From assembly GCA_963665235.2 (NCBI GenBank), contig CAXXLX010000001.1:1216001-1280000 (forward strand): a DNA stretch of 64,000 nucleotides, written 5' to 3'. Under the pieces are notes generated by a model. The model was not told the DNA's origin. It worked only from the letters and a program-made list of their open reading frames with translations, and made no database searches. Shown here piece after piece: positions 31,999 through 42,313 of this stretch (positions within the stretch are counted from its first letter, which is position 1; each line of letters opens with the position of its first letter). The translations under genes were made by a program, and so were the position numbers. The DNA is from Candidatus Poribacteria bacterium. Its GTDB lineage: Bacteria > Poribacteria > WGA-4E > WGA-3G.

Positions 31999-32532
31999 GA
32001 GACATTTTCAATTAGAAATGGTATTACAAGCTTATTTTTCGCGGGTATAGGTATCGTTTTTTCACATAATTTAAAACCTGTTGTAGACGAACACCGTATC
32101 GGCGGTGTATCCCCTATGTATTAGACATTATGCCGGTTTAATTGTAGCATTCTAGTTCGTTAGCAGTGGCGGTGCGTAGGGGCGGGGTCCCCCCGCCCGA
32201 TTTGAAGCCCTGGTCATAGGGCGAGGTGACCTCGCCCCTACAATGATGATATGGTTTCTAAAAGGTATCAGGTAGACGATTTATGAGATAAACTGTAAAC
32301 ACATTAACTTCCCCAAAACACAACCCCTTAATCACAAAACTATGCTTGTTGCGTATTCATCACGATTGCAACGCCGTATTGTTTCGTTTAACTTGAAATA
32401 TGTTGTTGGATGTGTTAATATGTTTTTAGGAGAGTCAATAAGAGTTGTATACTTGCTCCATTGTCCTATATTAATCCCAACTCCAGAGACTCGGGTTTTA
32501 GATTTCCTAAAGACTAAAGAGATAATCACACT

Positions 32533-33735
32533 ATGCGTATACTCTGTGCCAATGTAGGTAGTACCTCGTTCAAATACCAAATTATTGATATGACCACTAC
32601 CACCTCGCTTGTCAAGGGGGGTGTAGAACGTATCGGAAATTCACCATCCGCTTTCATGCATGCAGTGCCGGGCAAACCGATGCGCGAAGGTGAAATAGAT
32701 GCCGAGACACATACAGACGCGATTGCACACGCCATTCAGCTCATCACCGATACTGAAGTCGGGTGTCTGGAGGACTTGTCACAATTGGATGGCGTTGGGT
32801 TTAAAACCATTCTCGCTAAGGGCTATTGGCGTTCGGCCCGTATTACTGAAGATGTCATCGCTGCGCTAGAGGCATCTACACCGCTAGCTCCGATGCACAA
32901 TCCCGCTTACATTTCAGCTATCCGTGCTTTTCAGGAGCTGCTGCCAACAACCCCGCTTGTCGCTGTTTTTGAGACGTGGTTTCATCAAACCCTCCCGGAT
33001 TACGCCTACGAATTCGGTGTGCCACGTTTTTGGGTAGAAAAACATGATATTCGGCGATACGGTTTCCACGGTGCCTCCCACCGTTACATCTCCGAACGCG
33101 TGCCACAGCTGCTTGGGCACAACGCGGACGCGCCTCTTCGGCTCATCTCTTGTCACCTCGGCGGCAGTTCTTCCATCTGTGCAATCAAAGATGGAAAATC
33201 TATTGATACCTCTATGGGCGCGTCAACGCAATACGGCATGATACAATCTACACGCTGCGGCGACTTAGATGCGTTTGCGGTGCTATATCTGATGGACAAG
33301 GAGGGATTCTCTACGGATGAGATACGTCGTCAGTTGATTGCGGAAGCGGGTGTTAAAGGCATCTCCGGTACCAGCGGGGACATGCGGGATGTAGAAGCAG
33401 CAATAAAAGCTGGCAACGATAACGCACGCTTAGCTCTACAGACATACATTTACGGTGTGAAGAAGTATATCGGCGCGTATATTGCCGCCCTCGGAGGTGT
33501 TGATGTCCTTGCCTTCGCGGGGGGTATCGGGGAGAAAAGTACTGCCACCCGTGCACAAGTCTGTGAGGGCCTTGAATGGTGCGGTATCCACTTAGACGCT
33601 GAAAAGAATGAAAAATCAATTGGAGAAGCCGACCTCTCTGCGGAGAACAGCCGTGTTAAAATTGTAGTCGTTTCCACGAATGAAGAAATTATCGTATCAC
33701 GTGAAACTGCCCGTGTGCTTAAGTCGGGCAAATAA
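32533..33735 (+). CDS. ackA: Acetate/propionate kinase
   Basis: NVGSTSFKYQ, APMHNP, RRYGFHGASH, CHLGGSSSI, FAGGIGE, TNEE. Confidence 0.93.
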   Translation: MRILCANVGSTSFKYQIIDMTTTTSLVKGGVERIGNSPSAFMHAVPGKPMREGEIDAETHTDAIAHAIQLITDTEVGCLEDLSQLDGVGFKTILAKGYWRSARITEDVIAALEASTPLAPMHNPAYISAIRAFQELLPTTPLVAVFETWFHQTLPDYAYEFGVPRFWVEKHDIRRYGFHGASHRYISERVPQLLGHNADAPLRLISCHLGGSSSICAIKDGKSIDTSMGASTQYGMIQSTRCGDLDAFAVLYLMDKEGFSTDEIRRQLIAEAGVKGISGTSGDMRDVEAAIKAGNDNARLALQTYIYGVKKYIGAYIAALGGVDVLAFAGGIGEKSTATRAQVCEGLEWCGIHLDAEKNEKSIGEADLSAENSRVKIVVVSTNEEIIVSRETARVLKSGK

Positions 33736-33765
33736 GTGGCGTGAATTCGATAGAGATGATGCTTC

Positions 33766-34557
33766 TTAACCCGAATACTCCCGGTCCTGAAAAATTCGAA
33801 TAGCAAGCCACATCGCACCTACCACTATCAAACACAGCACTAACACCGCTCCCCACTCCGGAGGTGGGGCATCTCCTAAGAAATCTCTGAGCATTCCTCT
33901 GGCCATTTTGAAATCCGGAAATAACGTCAGGAGATAGTGTGAAAAAGAGAGCCGCTTGACACCCATCGGCATCGACGGAATTAACGTAATCCTTTCCCAA
34001 CCGAACACGAAAAGCAATCCCCATAGCACAGGATACTTGAACCGAACGGATAGAAGCACACCGAAGGCACCGTAAACGAGTAGTGCCAATGTGAGGGTGC
34101 CCATATATTGAAAACTCAATCCTAACACTAATAGACGTTCTCTTAGCTTCGGATGTGTTTGGATAATCCCTGTTAAAAGGAGGTGAGATGCTCCAATTAG
34201 GACAATGCTCCCGAGCAGGTATGCCGCAAATTTGCTAAGCAGAATCGATGATTTCCGAAGGGGCCGCATCTGGAGATATGTCAAACCTTTTCCGTCGATT
34301 TCATCAGAGATAATAGCGGTCCCGTAAAAAATGGCACACAAATTCGTCACAAACCCATAAAGAAAAAATGTTATGTGTGGGATAAAACTGTTCACGGTGC
34401 CTGAACCGCGTGCGGTGAAACGTAATATGAGCGCGATGCCAAGCGGCAGCACACATCCAATCAGAATCAGAAGGGCACGCCGACTCCAGAACAGCTGGCG
34501 GAGCGTCACTTTAAATAGAGCAAAATAGGCAGGGAACGAGTTTAGTTTGAGAGGCAT
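33766..34557 (-). CDS. ABC-2-type transporter permease-like membrane protein
   Basis: About 6 TM segments; ISDEIDGKGLTYLQMRP...K motif. Confidence 0.75.
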   Translation of the reverse strand: MPLKLNSFPAYFALFKVTLRQLFWSRRALLILIGCVLPLGIALILRFTARGSGTVNSFIPHITFFLYGFVTNLCAIFYGTAIISDEIDGKGLTYLQMRPLRKSSILLSKFAAYLLGSIVLIGASHLLLTGIIQTHPKLRERLLVLGLSFQYMGTLTLALLVYGAFGVLLSVRFKYPVLWGLLFVFGWERITLIPSMPMGVKRLSFSHYLLTLFPDFKMARGMLRDFLGDAPPPEWGAVLVLCLIVVGAMWLAIRIFQDREYSG

Positions 34558-34684
34558 TCTATGAGCGTTTTAATCCTTGAATGTTTTTGAGTATCATGGT
34601 ACTATTTTAACATAGAATCAGGATGGACGCAAATTCAGAAGGGACCGAAGTTAGCAACGGCAATTATGAAAATTTAGGTGATAT

Positions 34685-35524
34685 ATGCTCAAAATCATTG
34701 ACACACACCAACACCTCTGGGATACCGCCAACTTAGAATATCCTTGGTTAGATGGGTTTGACCTACTTCAGCAGCGATATACTCCAGACGATTATAGAAA
34801 AGCTATCGGGGACCTTAACGTGGTTAAATCGGTCCACGTTGAAGGCGACCCGGCTGAGACGGATGTCGTTCAAGAGGTGGAATGGTTAACCGACATTGCA
34901 GAAACAGATGGCATGATAGGCGCGATAGCCGCTGCCGCTCCACTTGAAAAACCGAACGTTGAAGCTGTCCTTGAACAGCTCACAGCGTTTGACCGCGTTG
35001 TCGCAATCCGCCGGATGGCATGGCACCAGCCCAACAATCGGTTTTATGCTACGCCTGAACTGATTAACGGTGTGAAATTGTTGGCGAAATATAATCTCTC
35101 CTTTGAACTCTGTGCGAAACAGGACCAACTTCCCGCCGCAATTGAGCTAGTCAAAGCTACACCGAACATAAGGCATGCTGTTAACCACTGCGGCGGTCCA
35201 AATATAAAAGACAGCGAATTTGAACCGTGGGCAACCCACATGCACAAACTCGCTGCCTTTGAGAATGTCCACTGCAAAGTGTCCGGAATTGTAACGACTG
35301 CCAGCGAAAATTGGACACCTGAGGACTTAAAACCTTATATCCAACACCTTGTTGAGACGTTCGGTTATGGCCGGCTCATGTTTGGAAGCGATTGGCCTGT
35401 CTGCACCTTAGCTGCCGAGTATCAGGCGTGGGTGGATGCGCTCCTTTGGGCACTTGATGGCGCGTCCGATGCGGAGAAAGACCATCTGTTTTACGAAAAT
35501 GCTGCGGCGTTTTACAAAATATAG
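34685..35524 (+). CDS. Amidohydrolase_2 family protein (L-fuconolactonase-like)
   Basis: IIDTHQHLW, NHCGGP, CKVSG, RLMFGSDWPV, ENAAAFY. Confidence 0.88.
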   Translation: MLKIIDTHQHLWDTANLEYPWLDGFDLLQQRYTPDDYRKAIGDLNVVKSVHVEGDPAETDVVQEVEWLTDIAETDGMIGAIAAAAPLEKPNVEAVLEQLTAFDRVVAIRRMAWHQPNNRFYATPELINGVKLLAKYNLSFELCAKQDQLPAAIELVKATPNIRHAVNHCGGPNIKDSEFEPWATHMHKLAAFENVHCKVSGIVTTASENWTPEDLKPYIQHLVETFGYGRLMFGSDWPVCTLAAEYQAWVDALLWALDGASDAEKDHLFYENAAAFYKI

Positions 35525-35679
35525 CAGGTTTTGCTGTCCAAACGGGTGTGTTATGTTTATAGAAGCAACAACACCCTAATCTATAATCACAAAACTTGGG
35601 GTGTTACGCACCTTAAAATCCGCGCAATCCGATAAATCCGCGATAATCCGCGATTCAGACAACTAAAATTGTCCAAAGT

Positions 35680-36585
35680 TTAGTCCATTAATACCTTGTA
35701 ATCGATGTTGACAAGTTCAATTCCATAAAGTGCCAATCTTTCCATAATAACTTCTATTGCAGGTATATTGCAATCAATTAAAATTGAGGAACGACTGTGC
35801 AGTGCTGCAGCTTCTCCAAGCGTCCCACTGCCAGCAAAAAAATCTAAAAGGGTATCGCCTTGTTCTGAATGCACCTTGACGATGCGATTAAGAACCCCGA
35901 GCGGTTTTTGGGTCGGATAACCGGTCTTTTCACTTCCATTGGTACTGACGATGGTATGCCACCAAACATCGGTTGGTGTTTTGCCACGCGCTGCCTTCGC
36001 TTTGCCGACCAACCCAGGGGCCATATATGGAATTCTATCCATCTCATCGAAATTGAAGGTGTAATGCTTCGGTGTTTTCGCGTACCATAAAATGTTATCG
36101 TGTTTCGCGGGCCAGCGCGACTTGGGTCTGCCGCCGTAATCGTAAGCCCAAATAATCTCGTTGATAAAGGAGTCTCGACCGAAAATTCCGTCAAGTATCA
36201 CCTTACAATAGTGCACCGCGCGATAATCAATATGAAGGAAGAAGCTACCATGAGGATGCAGCACTCGATATGCCTCCTCAAAACGGGGACGTAAAAACTG
36301 CAAATAGTCATCTAAACTTTCAAACTTATCGGTATAATATATGGTTTTAACTTTGCGAGTTCGGTAGGTCTTGCCTTGGAAACCCACGCGGTCGCCTTGG
36401 GCATCCGGTTCAACTTTAATTTCAGTGCGCTGTTGAAGTTTTCCGGTGTTAAAGGGCGGGTCAATGTAAATCAAGTTGACGCTCTCGTCAGGAACATGTT
36501 CCTGAAGAATCGAGAGGTTATCACCATAATAGAGTTGATGATTGCATATTTGATTGTCTTCTTTAAACGCGATAGGTAATTGCAC
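35680..36585 (-). CDS. Site-specific DNA methyltransferase (N6-adenine/N4-cytosine, beta class), no adjacent endonuclease
   Basis: YIDPPF (motif IV) precedes YPTQKP and LDFFAGSGT (motif I). Confidence 0.92.
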   Translation of the reverse strand: MQLPIAFKEDNQICNHQLYYGDNLSILQEHVPDESVNLIYIDPPFNTGKLQQRTEIKVEPDAQGDRVGFQGKTYRTRKVKTIYYTDKFESLDDYLQFLRPRFEEAYRVLHPHGSFFLHIDYRAVHYCKVILDGIFGRDSFINEIIWAYDYGGRPKSRWPAKHDNILWYAKTPKHYTFNFDEMDRIPYMAPGLVGKAKAARGKTPTDVWWHTIVSTNGSEKTGYPTQKPLGVLNRIVKVHSEQGDTLLDFFAGSGTLGEAAALHSRSSILIDCNIPAIEVIMERLALYGIELVNIDYKVLMD

Positions 36586-36710
36586 AACTTGCTACCTTTC
36601 CATTGTTATATTATGGTGGAATTATAGCAGCGTTACGATAATTTATCAAATCGTCCACGGAGGCGAAGGTGGCAACTTAGGTTATGATATGCAATCAGTT
36701 TTGATGTATC

Positions 36711-36748
36711 TAACAGATATAGCGTGACTTTTTACGCTATATCTGTTA
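36711..36748. other. 15-bp perfect inverted repeat (hairpin, possibly the terminator of the SPOR-protein gene)
   Basis: TAACAGATATAGCGT-N8-ACGCTATATCTGTTA; outer GGCGAAGGT/ACCTTCGCC can also pair. Confidence 0.6.
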
Positions 36749-36789
36749 AAATACCTTCGCCAAAAGTTCAAACCGTGGCAAGATAACAC

Positions 36790-38700
36790 CTATTGCAGCG
36801 TAATTAACATAGGTTCAACACCTTGCGACTCTTGGATTTGCTGCTTGAGTGTTGCTGCGTCCGTTCGCGCGGCGAATTCTCCAATTGTCACGCGATGCCT
36901 CGTTTTCCCTTCAACCGCTACAGTGTATATCTTCACCTTATCACTGGGGTATAACTGTTGTAGATTCTCGACGAGCATATCGGCATTGTGTCGTTCGGCG
37001 AAAGAGCCAACCATCAAGCTAAATTTCGGCTTCGTCACCGGTGTCTGGGAGGCTGTGCCCAATTGCAACTGTGTTTCTTGGGCACTCTGATTACCAGCTA
37101 TGTCTTGAACGCTCAGTTTGCAGGTGTATGTTCCCGGGGCCAACGTCGGAATCTTTGTGAGTGCAACCGAGGCGGGGGGTGAACCGTCCCCTTCAGTTTT
37201 TTCGAGCAGCTCTTTAGCTGCATTGAAAATCTCAAGTTTCCAATTGACAAGCGGATTGATATCCCACACTTTTATACCGACACTTGCTGCAGTCTCCTGA
37301 AAGATTTCCAGGGTTGCTGGTATCAGGTCAACCGTAACTTTTTCACTCTTTCTCAGTTGGGGTGTGCCTTGGGCATCAAAAACGTAAAATTCCACTGCGT
37401 AGTCGCCATCAAGTACCAATTTGCCCGTATTTCCGGTGCCGTCCCAGACAATGTCTTCCGAGGGAGGCCCGGTGCCAGATTTTTCCCAAACCGTTTCTGT
37501 ATATTCATCCCGCAGTATCAACTGCCATTTATCGTTAGGGTTGACACTAAAACGAAATGTGGTGCTATCTGCAATACCATCGTTGTCTGGTGAGATTGCG
37601 CGTTCGGAGAGTTGCAATTCGCCAGCAGGTATTTCAACAACCGGTGTATCTGGTGTAATCTTTTTAGGCATCAGAATTGGCGCGGTTTCAGCTGGTTTTG
37701 CAGCATCTACCTGCTTTGTGTCCGCGGCAGGTGCTGGTACAAATGCCTCGCGAGGACCACCCCATCGGAGTGTCGCAGAAATCCAGTGTAACCCGGCTTC
37801 TAACTCGTTGCCATTGACATAAGCGTAATCCAACTGACCTGCTGAATTTCGGAGGCTTAATCCTTGTGTCCATTCGCCTTGGCTGAATCTATTAACAGCT
37901 GTCAAGGCGGTATATCCTACCCGTGCGCCGAGATGTCCATGCAGAAACCACCGTTCCGCTCCGAAATGTAACCGAACCCGTTCTCCCCAATTAGCGACAT
38001 CGTTTTGTCCGCGGATAACCATGTCGGCGGAGAATAGGGTTTCACTGTTTAAATTATAGATTGTTCCGAACCGCGCCGCTAGGGGCGCGTTCTCAACTAA
38101 TTTTCCCGCCTCACGAATCCCGTTGCTCAACTCCGATAGGTTAACACCTACTGTGAGAGAGTCGCCAAATTTTTTTAACGGATACGCGAACTGCATGCCC
38201 AAATCTAAACTCCACAAAAAGTTTTTCCGAAGTGACGTGTTGTTCTGGTAGTAGCGCAGGTTCATACCTGCTGAAGCACGTGGACTTAAGGCAAAACCGT
38301 ACCCTAAAAGGACAATCTGGGTTGATTCGGTGGCGTTTCTATCCCATCCATCAAACCAGGATGCTGCGGAGAGATTTCCGATATTTCTTTTCGTCAACCC
38401 TAAGGTATAAGGATTTGCCGACAGTGAAAATGCCCGGGATGCCCCAGAAGGTGCCCCCGAGAAGGGAATACCGCCCATGTTCAGTTCCAACCCATCCATA
38501 AAACCGAGAGAAGATGGATTCCACAAAAACCCGCTGCTCGTTGAAGGGCCAGCGGTGAACGCACTTCCCATACCGACTGCTCGCGCACTCGCCCCAACAA
38601 AAATATCACGATGACTGATGCCAGAAGCTCCAACCGTAACCGAAACGTTTCCTAACATCATAACCAAAAAACTGATAATACCTAGAATTTTTAATTGCAT
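36790..38700 (-). CDS. PorV-like beta-barrel + FlgD-Ig + SPOR domain protein
   Basis: ARAVGMGSAF..WNPSSL; ISPDNDGIAD..VWDG..DGDY; C-terminal VGSFAERHNA..HRVTIGEF (SPOR). Confidence 0.75.
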   Translation of the reverse strand: MQLKILGIISFLVMMLGNVSVTVGASGISHRDIFVGASARAVGMGSAFTAGPSTSSGFLWNPSSLGFMDGLELNMGGIPFSGAPSGASRAFSLSANPYTLGLTKRNIGNLSAASWFDGWDRNATESTQIVLLGYGFALSPRASAGMNLRYYQNNTSLRKNFLWSLDLGMQFAYPLKKFGDSLTVGVNLSELSNGIREAGKLVENAPLAARFGTIYNLNSETLFSADMVIRGQNDVANWGERVRLHFGAERWFLHGHLGARVGYTALTAVNRFSQGEWTQGLSLRNSAGQLDYAYVNGNELEAGLHWISATLRWGGPREAFVPAPAADTKQVDAAKPAETAPILMPKKITPDTPVVEIPAGELQLSERAISPDNDGIADSTTFRFSVNPNDKWQLILRDEYTETVWEKSGTGPPSEDIVWDGTGNTGKLVLDGDYAVEFYVFDAQGTPQLRKSEKVTVDLIPATLEIFQETAASVGIKVWDINPLVNWKLEIFNAAKELLEKTEGDGSPPASVALTKIPTLAPGTYTCKLSVQDIAGNQSAQETQLQLGTASQTPVTKPKFSLMVGSFAERHNADMLVENLQQLYPSDKVKIYTVAVEGKTRHRVTIGEFAARTDAATLKQQIQESQGVEPMLITLQ

Positions 38701-38877
38701 TGTATAGACTCCACTGTTGTTTTTAAACTTAAGTAAGATTTTTCCCCTTTACTTAAAACGTTAAAATTACTAATATGGGTACAAATCAGCTAAGAATGTA
38801 TGTGACCGAACGGTGAAATGAGAATTGTCCGAATTTCGGGACGCCCTCTGATTGCCGAGTCAATCCCCAAAAAATAA

Positions 38878-38905
38878 TGCAACCTTTCTTTCTTTAAAAC
38901 TCGTC
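38878..38905 (+). promoter_or_regulatory. Putative ECF promoter
   Basis: TGCAAC-N18-CGTC about 40 bp upstream of the ECF fusion gene. Confidence 0.45.
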
Positions 38906-38945
38906 ACTATATTTAAAAAGGACCTTACAGCGCAGGAGGATTTTT

Positions 38946-41900
38946 ATGGAAATTCATGATGCTGAACTGATTCAACGGACACTGGCCGGTGACCAAACAG
39001 CATTTACCGCCCTTGTGGAAAGATACTATAAGGGAATTCATGCACTTGCATGGCGGAAAATTGAGGATTTTCATATCGCCGAAGAAATTACACAAGATAC
39101 CTTTCTCAGAGCTTATGAACGACTCAAAACTTTGAAAGACCCTAGCTTATTTGCAGGATGGATATATGTTATTGCTACTCACCTCTGCACCGAATGGCAC
39201 CGAAAAAAACGACTCCCGATGCAATCTCTAGAGGCTACGAATCCCATAGAACTTGAGGAGGTGGCACACGCACAATACATGGTACAAAAACGAGACGCTG
39301 AAATTGCCGAAACCCGCCGTGAAGTCGTCCAAAAACTGCTCCAAAAACTACCGGAAAGTGAGCGCACCGTCATGACGCTCCATTACCTCGGAGAAATGAC
39401 ATGTGAGACGATTAGCAAACTACTCGGGGTATCACCGAATACCGTTAAAAGCCGGCTCAGTCGCGCACGCAACCGGTTACGGGAAGAGGAAGAGCTGCTC
39501 CAAAAAAATCTCAGCAGTTTTCAACACTCACCCCGACTTGTAGAAAACATTATGCGGAGAATCTCACAGCACAAGCCCGCCGACCCTGTGTCAAGCAAAC
39601 CTTTGGTACCATGGGGGCTCTCTGTTACCTCTGCTATTTTAGTCCTATTGCTGATGGGTATCGGTGTGCAATATCTGTTGCTTGCCCGCCAACCTTACGA
39701 TGTCAATCCCGAATCAGTCCTAGCGGTTGAAATTATTGACGCGCCTACCCGTTTTGCAAATGAAATAAAACCTGCACTGCGTAATTCTCCCGGGAACACC
39801 GATATTCCTAATAAAAGCCGAGGCACTGGCGAGAAAACGGATTTGCCTGAAAAGGCACAGCTGACTGAGGTTGCTCCAATACTTGAAACAGAACCGCCAC
39901 GTCCAAGAAACCGATGGTCCCAACTTGACAGTCCTGAGGCGACAAAAGTCAACACACTTTTTACAACAGACGCAAACGACCTTTACGCGGTAACGCAAAC
40001 GGGTCTTTATAGACTCGCAGCTGATGACAAAGGATGGCATCTCATTAACAGTAGCCTCCCAATTACGCCGCATAATAGAATGCCGATGGCTGAACACAAC
40101 GGCATGACCTATATTGTAACTGATGATGCAATACTCACCTCACAGGATAAGGGGGAGACGTGGAAACCGCTCGGGCACCGTCCGAAGGGGCGACCCATCG
40201 GTTTGATAGTCCGAGAGGACACTCACAACGTTATTGAACTTTACCTCGCCCTCATCCCCGGTGTATTCCGTTCTGATGATGGCGGAAACTCATGGAAACT
40301 GCTGAACAACGGGATGGTAGACAGAAAAATCTATCTACTCGCTTCTCATGAAAACACCCTCTTTGCCGGAACCGACAGCGGACTCTTCCGTTTAAACTTG
40401 AAGCCAATAGCGGAAAACCGTGATGTATGGGAACAATTACCGGTAGCCGAATCTAAACCCATTCATTCATTCGCAGTGTCCGGGCCCCAACTTTATGTCG
40501 TGGCAGGAGTCCTCGGAATTCTTGGTGATATGAATCTTATGAATGGAATAAAGACGTTGATGAAAAAAAAGTCTTTATGGACAATTTTCCGTTCAGCGGA
40601 CCAGGGCAATTCATGGACAGATATAACACCGGGAGGCGATTTTCAAAACAGGGCGGGACCGACGAATCTCAAGATTGTTGCTACAGAAAAAACGGTCATC
40701 TTAATTGGGGTAGGAGTCACTTTACGTTCAACCGATGAAGGGAAAACATGGATACCTATTGATAAGGCGGTATCCTCAGGACGTTCCTTAGGGCCAAGTG
40801 TCGTTGCTACTTTGAAAGTAGAAAGTAGCAGTGAATCCGCTAATCAACAGCAATCTACAGATGTCAAGTATCAATTTTACATCGGGGATTCCAACGGAAT
40901 CCATCTGTCAACGGATAGCGGCAATTCGTGGAAACAATTTAATACCGGCTTAGGGGGCAAAATACATAATCTCACTGTTTTTAATAATAACCTCTACGCA
41001 ATAGCGAATTACCAACTCATTACATCAACCGATGGTGGTCAATCATGGGAAGCAATTTTTGTGGAATTAGGCGGTACACATATTACGCTTAAGGACAAAA
41101 AGATACCCCTAACCAAAGCAGACGTCCGACAAATAACGGACGCAGATGGAATCCTTTACGCAAAAGGGGATATAGGATTGGAACTGAGACTCTTTCGCTT
41201 GGATGAAGAAAATAGAGTGCTTATCCCTATCCAAGGTGTTCCTACCCTTGGTGAAAGGAATCCCATAGTAGCATTTATGAAGATGCTACAGACATCTATG
41301 GCGGATGATGCGGAAAATGCTGCCAATAATCTTCAATCGAAATTTCTTAGCATGGGAGCAGATATCTTCGGAGCATTTGCTATCAGTGGAAGGACATTCT
41401 ATGTTGAGCATAAGCGGAAACTTCTAATATGGCACGTTTCATCGCAAACGAACAACGATATAGAGTGGTCCGATACCAATATAGCGGATACTCGCGACCT
41501 TGCAGACCTCGCTTCATTTAATAGTTTCAAGTTAGCCGTTTCTGGCGACACCGCTTACGTTGGCAAACCTGATGGCATTCTATTGCGCTCCGTTGATGGC
41601 GGAAACAGTTGGGAAACCGTACCGCTGCCGATGCCAGTTGATTCTTTCAAACAAATTCTCATCGCCAACGCAACCGTTTATGTCGCCACTGACAAAGGGG
41701 CTTTTCATTCAAGCGATGGCATTAACTGGCGGCCCATCATCGATTCAGATGGACGACACCTTATAATAGACTGTTTTGCTACGGATAGGACAACTTTGTA
41801 TGCTATGGCGACTTCAAAATATGAAAAGGGGGGTGTCTATCGATTGACAAGTACCGATACCACTTGGAAACGGATTGCCTCAGATGCCCCAGACAATGTT

Positions 41901-42062
41901 AACTCTATTGCTGTCGCGGATGGCACGGTTTATGTCGGTACAGAAAGTAGCGGGTTGCAACGCCTCGCGCTTGACGACTTGTCAGGCAAAGGCAATCTCA
42001 AACATGCGGCGACAGGTCTACAGAAACGCGACCCCGGACAAATAGAGTTGGAAACGGATTAA
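38946..42062 (+). CDS. ECF sigma factor fused to a TM helix and an extracytoplasmic BNR beta-propeller
   Basis: AEEITQDTFLRAY/FAGWIYVIA and NTVKSRLSRAR at the N-terminus, TM near aa 220-245, many S.D.G.SW repeats. Confidence 0.88.
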   Translation: MEIHDAELIQRTLAGDQTAFTALVERYYKGIHALAWRKIEDFHIAEEITQDTFLRAYERLKTLKDPSLFAGWIYVIATHLCTEWHRKKRLPMQSLEATNPIELEEVAHAQYMVQKRDAEIAETRREVVQKLLQKLPESERTVMTLHYLGEMTCETISKLLGVSPNTVKSRLSRARNRLREEEELLQKNLSSFQHSPRLVENIMRRISQHKPADPVSSKPLVPWGLSVTSAILVLLLMGIGVQYLLLARQPYDVNPESVLAVEIIDAPTRFANEIKPALRNSPGNTDIPNKSRGTGEKTDLPEKAQLTEVAPILETEPPRPRNRWSQLDSPEATKVNTLFTTDANDLYAVTQTGLYRLAADDKGWHLINSSLPITPHNRMPMAEHNGMTYIVTDDAILTSQDKGETWKPLGHRPKGRPIGLIVREDTHNVIELYLALIPGVFRSDDGGNSWKLLNNGMVDRKIYLLASHENTLFAGTDSGLFRLNLKPIAENRDVWEQLPVAESKPIHSFAVSGPQLYVVAGVLGILGDMNLMNGIKTLMKKKSLWTIFRSADQGNSWTDITPGGDFQNRAGPTNLKIVATEKTVILIGVGVTLRSTDEGKTWIPIDKAVSSGRSLGPSVVATLKVESSSESANQQQSTDVKYQFYIGDSNGIHLSTDSGNSWKQFNTGLGGKIHNLTVFNNNLYAIANYQLITSTDGGQSWEAIFVELGGTHITLKDKKIPLTKADVRQITDADGILYAKGDIGLELRLFRLDEENRVLIPIQGVPTLGERNPIVAFMKMLQTSMADDAENAANNLQSKFLSMGADIFGAFAISGRTFYVEHKRKLLIWHVSSQTNNDIEWSDTNIADTRDLADLASFNSFKLAVSGDTAYVGKPDGILLRSVDGGNSWETVPLPMPVDSFKQILIANATVYVATDKGAFHSSDGINWRPIIDSDGRHLIIDCFATDRTTLYAMATSKYEKGGVYRLTSTDTTWKRIASDAPDNVNSIAVADGTVYVGTESSGLQRLALDDLSGKGNLKHAATGLQKRDPGQIELETD

Positions 42063-42313
42063 ACGTGTAGAACGAACGCAAAGAGATTCCCCGTTCTACG
42101 GGGATATGAGAGATGCCCAATGCCTCTGGTGTATAAACGGATAGGGCACCTGAAGTTTACCAGAGAAATCTGGAGCGTCAGAGGCAAGGGCATGTCTCTT
42201 TTATTGAATAGACTACGTCTCCAAAAACGGAGAATAGACTCATCTAGTCAACCCGTATAATGAGACTCGATTATTCATTTGGCGGAAAAAACAAAAGGAG
42301 ATTTTACTCTGAT

